DNA of 64,000 bases from Pseudoxanthomonas suwonensis (lineage in GTDB: Bacteria; Pseudomonadota; Gammaproteobacteria; Xanthomonadales; Xanthomonadaceae), in the NCBI GenBank assembly GCA_003240695.1, contig QFNC01000009.1:31471-95470 (forward strand). Reading direction: 5' to 3'. Every line of letters begins with the position of its first letter. Within the stretch, counting starts at the first letter, position 1. Position numbers and translations under genes: made by a program. Below the pieces are notes generated by a model that was not told where the DNA came from, ran no database searches, and saw only the letters and a list, made by a program, of their open reading frames with translations. Shown here piece by piece: positions 58,626 to 64,000 of the stretch.

Positions 58626-60898
58626 GCCGATTCCTCGCCCGTCGGCGGCGGATCGGGCAGCGAGAACACGAAGCGAGCGCCCTGCCCCGGTGCCGATTCG
58701 GCACGGATGCTGCCGCCATGCCGCTCCACGATGCGCCGCACCGACGCCAGACCGATGCCGTGCCCCTCGAACTGCGCCTGGTCGTGCAGGCGCTGGAATG
58801 GCCGGAACAGCTTGTTGGCGTAGGCCGGATCGAATCCGGTGCCATTGTCGGTCAGGGCGAAACTGGGTACTTCGGCATTGACCAGCGGCTGCAGGCTGAT
58901 CCGGGCCGGATCGGCATCGCGGGTGAATTTCCAGGCGTTGTCCAGCAGATTCTGCAGCAGATTGCGCAGCAGCGCGCGATCGGCGTAGACCTGCATGCCC
59001 GGAGCGATCGACACCAGCACCTGCCGCTGCGGGTCCTGTTCGCGCAGTTCAGCGACGATGTCCTGGGCAATCGCACTCAGGTCCACCCATTCGCGATGCA
59101 GATCGCCGCGCCCCAGCCGCGAGATGGTCAGCAGTGCATCGATCAGCTCGCTCATCCGCGCCGCAGCCGCACGGATGCGGGCCAGATAGCCGCGTCCGGT
59201 GGCATCCAGCTGGCCGGCGTGGCGACTGTCCAGGATCTGGCTGAAACCGTCGATCGCGCGCAACGGTGCCCGCAAGTCGTGCGAGATGGTGTAACTGAAG
59301 GATTCCAGTTCCTTGTTGGCCAGCAACAGTTCGCGGGTGCGCAGTTGCACGCGCGTCTCCAGCGACCGGTTCAGGGCGTGGATACGGGCTTCGGCGCGCA
59401 CCCGTTCGCTCACGTCCTCCACCTGCACCAGACTGGTCACTTCAGAAGCCGGATCGCCCGGCATCGGCGCGAAGGTCAGCTGCACGGTGCGCAGCGAGCC
59501 ATCGGCATGGCGCAAGTCGCAGGTCATCCGGTGCACGCCCTCGCCCAGCGCCTGGCGCTGACCGGTGGCGAGCAGGCCGGCCGGATCGTCATCCACCAGC
59601 AATCGCGCGAACGGCAGCCTGTGCAGCTGCCCGTCGTCCATGCCGGTGATCCGAGACAGCGCGGGATTGGAGTCCATCACCCGGCCTTCCTTGTCCAGCA
59701 GGGCCTTGCCGATCGCCGAATAATGCATCGAGTTGCGGAAGCGCTGCTCGCTGCGCCGGAAGGATTCGGTCATGCGGCTGGCCATGGCCTCCGCCTGCGC
59801 ACGCGTCCGTGCCAGACTGAGAATGACCAGGAATAGCAGCAACGATGCCAGCGATCCCACCAGGATCGTGGTCCCCAGCCCGGGAATGGCACTGCTCAAC
59901 ACCGCGCGCGAGGGCGACTGGAAGTCAACGCGCCATTCGCGGCCATACGCCTGCACGGGGATGCTATGGGTGAACGCCGGGGCATCCCGATCGCCATCCG
60001 CCAGCACGGATCGGAAGGCGGGATCGGCGTAGATCATCTGCTCGTGTGCCGGTCCGACATCCACCACGCGAAGGATCATCGGTTTCGGCAAGGATCGCTG
60101 CACGCGCTGCACGAAGACGTCGGCATGGAAGGGCACATACACCCAGCCGCGCAGGCGTGCGCGCCGGGCGGCCGTGTCGGGCGGCACGTGCGCGTCGGAA
60201 TACACCGGCGAATACAGCAGCATCCCGGCGCGGTGCGCAGCGCCTGCATCCTGCACCAGATCGACCACGCCTGACAGGGTGGGAAGGCCCGTGTCGCGTG
60301 CCGCCTGCATCGCCTGGCGACGCAGCGGCTCGCTGTACATGTCGTACCCCAGCGCGATGCGATTGGCCGGCGTCGCCGGGTCCAGGAACACGATGGGCCC
60401 GTAAGCTGCGCGCTCGCCGGCCGGAACCACGCGCCACAACGGCAGTTCGCCTGCGCGGGTCATGCTGGCATCCAGGCGACGCAGGGCGGACCCGGAGTCG
60501 GCATAGGCGGCATAGCCCAGGCCGATCATCGAGGGAAACTGGCTTTCGATCTGCAAGCCGTCCGCGTAAGCCGTCCATTGCGCGCGACTGGGCTGCTCGA
60601 CCGAGCTGAACAGTGCCACGCCACCGCGGGTGATCAGTTCGATGTGGAACAGGCGCTGGCGGACCTGCGCTGCCACGGCTTCCGCATTGACCACGAATTC
60701 GCGCTGGCGCTCGCGCAGCTCGCGATCGGTCACCGAGGTCACGTACAGCGCCAGGATCGCCAGGCACGCCAGCAGTGCGACCATCGCCAGCGCGTACACG
60801 CGCCAGCTGCTTCTGGGCAAGGCAGCACGCTGGAGCACGGAATCGGCGGGCGCGGGGGACAGCATGTCCGCAAGCATAGCGGGCAACCGCACCGGCAT
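58607..60898 (-). CDS. Sensor histidine kinase with periplasmic CHASE-like domain, PAS domain, HisKA and HATPase_c (orphan)
   Basis: Two TM segments flank a ~280-aa periplasmic domain. PAS region. H-box [18 protein letters not shown]1/G2 boxes ([24 protein letters not shown]). 3' end overlaps smpB by 19 bp, convergent. Confidence 0.85.
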   Translation of the reverse strand: MPVRLPAMLADMLSPAPADSVLQRAALPRSSWRVYALAMVALLACLAILALYVTSVTDRELRERQREFVVNAEAVAAQVRQRLFHIELITRGGVALFSSVEQPSRAQWTAYADGLQIESQFPSMIGLGYAAYADSGSALRRLDASMTRAGELPLWRVVPAGERAAYGPIVFLDPATPANRIALGYDMYSEPLRRQAMQAARDTGLPTLSGVVDLVQDAGAAHRAGMLLYSPVYSDAHVPPDTAARRARLRGWVYVPFHADVFVQRVQRSLPKPMILRVVDVGPAHEQMIYADPAFRSVLADGDRDAPAFTHSIPVQAYGREWRVDFQSPSRAVLSSAIPGLGTTILVGSLASLLLFLVILSLARTRAQAEAMASRMTESFRRSEQRFRNSMHYSAIGKALLDKEGRVMDSNPALSRITGMDDGQLHRLPFARLLVDDDPAGLLATGQRQALGEGVHRMTCDLRHADGSLRTVQLTFAPMPGDPASEVTSLVQVEDVSERVRAEARIHALNRSLETRVQLRTRELLLANKELESFSYTISHDLRAPLRAIDGFSQILDSRHAGQLDATGRGYLARIRAAAARMSELIDALLTISRLGRGDLHREWVDLSAIAQDIVAELREQDPQRQVLVSIAPGMQVYADRALLRNLLQNLLDNAWKFTRDADPARISLQPLVNAEVPSFALTDNGTGFDPAYANKLFRPFQRLHDQAQFEGHGIGLASVRRIVERHGGSIRAESAPGQGARFVFSLPDPPPTGEESAQASLL

Positions 60899-60987
60899 GA
60901 ACTGCAGCCCACCGTGCTTGCACATGCACTTGCAATGCAACTGCCCGAACCTATACTTCGAACCATCAGCGCTGTTTCAGGCTTCCC

Positions 60988-61341
60988 GGGGGTGCACTGG
61001 CTTCGACGGGGGTTGCGAAATTGCCTGGTGCATGCCGAGGGGGCAGCTTTCCTCGTTAATCCAGCGGCAAACAATCAGACGCCAACGACGACGTCTACGC
61101 TCTGGCCGCTTAAGGCCTAGCCCCGAACCCACTTGTGCCTGTGCTCGTGGATGTAGGGTCATCATCACAGGATGGATGCTGGCGGCGACCCGTCAACCGG
61201 CATCGAGACCAAAGCGGGTATGGATGACGGTGTGCCTCGCACGTTGTGTTGCCGCCATCCGAGATCGAACAACGGGCTAAGCATGTAGGACCGGGGATGG
61301 AGTGCCTTCGGACGGCGGTTCGATTCCGCCCACCTCCACCA
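60988..61341 (+). ncRNA. ssrA: tmRNA (ssrA); predicted tag peptide ANDDVYALAA
   Basis: 5' GGGGGUGCACUGGCUUCGACGGGGGUUGCGAAA aligns with E. coli tmRNA. The 3' tRNA-like end is GGUUCGAUUCCGCCCACCUCCACCA. The tag ORF GCCAACGACGACGTCTACGCTCTGGCCGCTTAA is at 61081-61113. Not represented in the ORF track. Confidence 0.9.
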
Positions 61342-61348
61342 AAATTGA

Positions 61349-61379
61349 AACCCCAACCGTTCTCGGTTGGGGTTTTTTC
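61349..61379 (+). terminator. Rho-independent terminator of ssrA
   Basis: CCCCAACCG-TTCTC-GGTTGGGG followed by TTTTTT. Confidence 0.85.
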
Positions 61380-61769
61380 TTGCCTGATCGCGCCGGTTCC
61401 CGCGTGTTCTTGGGGGTTCCTGCGGAAGCCTGCGGACTTCGCCAGCCGGCTGAATTGGCCGATCCGAGCCACATTTCGCTCTCTCCTAGCCATTCCTCGC
61501 TCCGACCTCGCTCCCAGGAACTGGCCCGAAGTCCGCAAAGGCCACAAACTAGCTCCATATAGATCAACAAGTTACGCGCGGACGAATCAAGCGGTTGGAT
61601 TGCGGCATTGGTTGGCGGAGGGACAACCTGGCCGCCGCCCCTCCGTTCCAATACAAGAGCGGTCGCCTTACCTCGCCTGCCCATGAATCCGCGCGAACGG
61701 ATTCTGCGCGACATGCCTGGTAGTGACGTCTTGCACGGTGCCAGGTCACCTCCAGACCGATGCCCAAAA

Positions 61770-61823
61770 TTGCGTCACACCACCATTTTGGTATAATCTA
61801 TAACGCAATGTAGTATCTATAAC
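61770..61823 (+). promoter_or_regulatory. AT-rich chrB promoter: TTGCGT-N16-TATAAT with two 9-bp direct repeats ATCTATAAC (19-bp period)
   Basis: -35 at 61770-61775 and -10 TATAAT at 61792-61797. Repeats at 61796-61804 and 61815-61823. RBS AAGGAG at 61845-61850. Confidence 0.55.
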
Positions 61824-61856
61824 ATAATACGCCGCCAATCGACCAAGGAGCCTTCC

Positions 61857-62801
61857 GTGAGCCTTCTCGCTCTTTTCGTCAGCCTGCCCACCAAGGCATC
61901 GACCGGCCGCATGCGCGTCTGGCGCTCCGTCAAGGCGCTGGGCTGCGCGACGCTGCGGGATGGGGTTTATCTGCTGCCTGACTCGGCCGATAGCGCTACG
62001 GCGCTGGATGAAGTGGCGGCGCAGTCGGTCGAGGCCGGGGGCAGCGGCGAGGTCTATCGTCTGTCGGAGTGTGAGGAAGGCCAGGAGGCCACCCTGCGCG
62101 CCCTGTTCGACCGCGGCGAGGAGTACGCCGGCATCGCCGAGGAGATCAAAGAACTCGGGCGGAGCCTAGCATCCCTGGATGGCGCCGCCGCCGCGCGCAA
62201 GCTCCAGCCACTCGTGCGCCGCTTCGAGCACGTGGCGCGCATCGATTTCTTCCCCGGCGAGGCGCAGCGGCAGACCTTGAGCCTGCTCGACGACCTGCGC
62301 GATGCGCTCACCCGCCGGCTTTCTCCCGACGAGCCGACCCCTCGGCAGGCTGACATTCCGCGACTGGAGCGCGCCGACTATCGGGGCCGTGTCTGGGCCA
62401 CGCGGGCCCGTCCGTGGGTCGACCGGCTCGCCTCGGCCTGGCTGATCCGCCGGTTTATCGACCCGAAGGCCAGCATCGTCTGGCTGGCGAGTCCCGCCGA
62501 CTGCAAAGCCGATTGGCTTGGCTTCGATTTCGACGGTGCGACGTTCAGCCACGTCGGTACCAAGGTCACCTTCGAGACGCTGCTGGCGAGTTTTGGCCTG
62601 GAGGATGACCCAGCGCTGACGCGCCTGGGCGAACTGGTGCATTGCCTGGACGTGGGCGGGCTGCCGGTATGTGAAGCGCCGGGCATCGAGCAGCTGCTCG
62701 CGGGCCTGAGAGCATCCGAATCCGACGACGACGCGTTGCTCGTTCGCGCGTGCGAAGTTTTTGATTGGCTGTTGAAGAGTTACGAGGAAAAAACAACGTG
62801 A
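61857..62801 (+). CDS. chrB: Chromate resistance regulatory protein ChrB (GTG start)
   Basis: 314 aa. ChrB-family N- and C-terminal domains (VWRSVKALGCATLRDGVYLLPD; rhodanese-like C-terminus WLIRRFIDP). Immediately upstream of chrA. Confidence 0.85.
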   Translation: MSLLALFVSLPTKASTGRMRVWRSVKALGCATLRDGVYLLPDSADSATALDEVAAQSVEAGGSGEVYRLSECEEGQEATLRALFDRGEEYAGIAEEIKELGRSLASLDGAAAARKLQPLVRRFEHVARIDFFPGEAQRQTLSLLDDLRDALTRRLSPDEPTPRQADIPRLERADYRGRVWATRARPWVDRLASAWLIRRFIDPKASIVWLASPADCKADWLGFDFDGATFSHVGTKVTFETLLASFGLEDDPALTRLGELVHCLDVGGLPVCEAPGIEQLLAGLRASESDDDALLVRACEVFDWLLKSYEEKTT

Positions 62802-64000
62802 ACGACCTGATCAGTCCTCAGACGGATGCTACGACTGAAGCCGTCCCTCCAGCGATGAACTACCCGCAGCTCTTCGTGCGTTTTCTCAAGTTCGGCTTGC
62901 TCGCATGGGGCGGGCCTGTAGCTCAGATCGCCATGTTGCGCCGCGAGCTCGTGGACGAGGAACGCTGGATCTCCAGCAAACGCTTCAACAAGCTGCTTGC
63001 GGTAATGCAAGTGCTGCCCGGACCCGAAGCACACGAAATATGCGTTCATTTGGGTATCCGAGCGAAGGGGCGGCTGGGGGGCGTACTGGCGGGACTCGGG
63101 TTCATGCTTCCCGGATTCTTGCTGATGTTCGCGCTGTCTTGGTTGTACTTCCAGATTGAACTTGTGGGTACCTCGCTGGGCGCGGCATTCCTTGGCGTGC
63201 AGGCGGCCGTGATCGCCCTGATCGTGCGTGCCGTGCACCGCATCGGCGAGCACATCCTGCTCGATCGCTGGTTGTGGGCCATTGCCATCGTTTGCGCGCT
63301 GGCAGCCATGGGTCGTGTCGACTTCTGGATCACCCTGCCGGCGGGCGGCCTTGTGTACGCCCTGCTCGTGCTGAATCATCGGGCCTTGGCACTCCTGGTG
63401 ACACTGGCGGCGGTGGCGCTGGCCGCGGCCATAGCTTTGTGGGCTGCGCCGACAGCGAAGCTGGTGGAAACGGTCGTTCAGGGCCAGGCTTCGGTGCTGC
63501 TCATCTTCGTGTCGGGCCTGAAGGCGGGCTTGCTCACCTTCGGCGGCGCCTACACGGCGATTCCGTTCGTTCGCAACGACGCCGTCGGGCGCGGATGGAT
63601 GACGGATGGGCAGTTCCTGGACGGATTGGCGCTTTCAGGTGTGCTACCGGCCCCCCTCATCATCTTCGCCACGTTCGTCGGCTATGTGGCGGGAGGACCG
63701 GTCGGGGCGGTGGCCATGACGGTCGGTGTCTTTCTTCCGGCCTTTGCGTTCTCGTTGATTTTCTACGACCGGCTGGAGGCGGTTGTGGAGAACAAACGGC
63801 TGCACGCCTTTCTGGACGGTGTCGCTGCCGGCGTAGTCGGCCTGATCGGCGCAACCACCATCGACCTAGCGCAGGTCACTGCCAATCGTGTTCCATCGCT
63901 GACGGTGGGCATGTCGATCTTCGCCGCAGCCTTGGCATTCCTTTATGCCTGGAAGAACAAGCTCAACGTCGTCGTCGTGATCCTCGCGGCGGGATTGACC
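62797..64000 (+). CDS. chrA: Chromate ion transporter ChrA (CHR family), 3'-truncated by the window end; GTG start
   Basis: Hand translation from the GTG at 62797 gives VNDLISPQTDA...FLKFGLLAWGGPVAQIAMLRRELVDEERWISSKRFNKLL...VLPGPEAH... with continuous TM helices to position 64000 and no stop. Not in the ORF track because it has no stop codon within the window. Overlaps the chrB stop (GTGA). Confidence 0.9.

Noticed and set aside
61246-61714. Short ORFs (146 aa plus, 145 aa minus) overlapping the tmRNA and its terminator
   Set aside because: They overlap a confidently identified structured RNA gene and have no coding signal.
61380-61856. Possible integrase or att remnant between ssrA and chrB
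   Set aside because: No ORF with integrase motifs, and no recognisable direct repeat of the ssrA 3' end within the window. It cannot be supported from the sequence alone and is left as intergenic.

Overview
High-GC (~68-70%) chromosomal window, most likely from a Xanthomonadales (Lysobacteraceae-type) gammaproteobacterium. Almost all of it is protein-coding, and I call about 58 genes. Housekeeping genes dominate the first ~28 kb and the 40-61 kb stretch. A molybdenum-cofactor block moeB-moeA-mobA sits next to der. A conserved minus-strand operon ndk-rlmN-pilF-rodZ-yfgM-bamB-der follows, with a frameshifted GNAT remnant between bamB and der. The fatty-acid operon reads tetR(psrA-like)-fadN/B-fadA. 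The iron-uptake operon feoA-feoB is followed by an overlapping 78-codon Cys-rich gene that the ORF track hides. A leucine/isovalerate (liu-like) catabolic operon is unusually extended by a PAS-GGDEF-EAL c-di-GMP protein, a GNAT and an SDR, and liuB lies 30 kb away next to a thiolase. Further genes are efpL, a D2HGDH-like FAD oxidase divergent from serA, methionine-salvage genes mtnB-mtnD-mtnC fused to a C13 peptidase, an S9 peptidase, an S8 autotransporter, two tandem Ala-rich lipoproteins, a bactofilin, fur/bamE, ratA-rnfH/smpB, a CHASE sensor kinase and the tmRNA gene ssrA. The most unusual region is 29.0-40.2 kb. It is a tightly coupled plus-strand cluster encoding a YjfI-like protein, a PspA/IM30 (ESCRT-III-like) protein, a YqiJ/NfeD-like membrane protein, a flotillin, a giant 1785-aa protein with a C-proximal AAA+ (MoxR/AAA_5-like) ATPase core, a 230-aa hypothetical and a TelA-like protein. 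It is preceded by a perfect 14-bp inverted repeat that includes the first start codon. This looks like an undescribed membrane-remodelling or envelope-stress system. A chromate-resistance island (chrB-chrA) with an AT-rich promoter bearing direct repeats is inserted just downstream of ssrA at the window end. No CRISPR, rRNA or tRNA genes were seen. Many long antisense or out-of-frame ORFs in the track are GC-driven artefacts.
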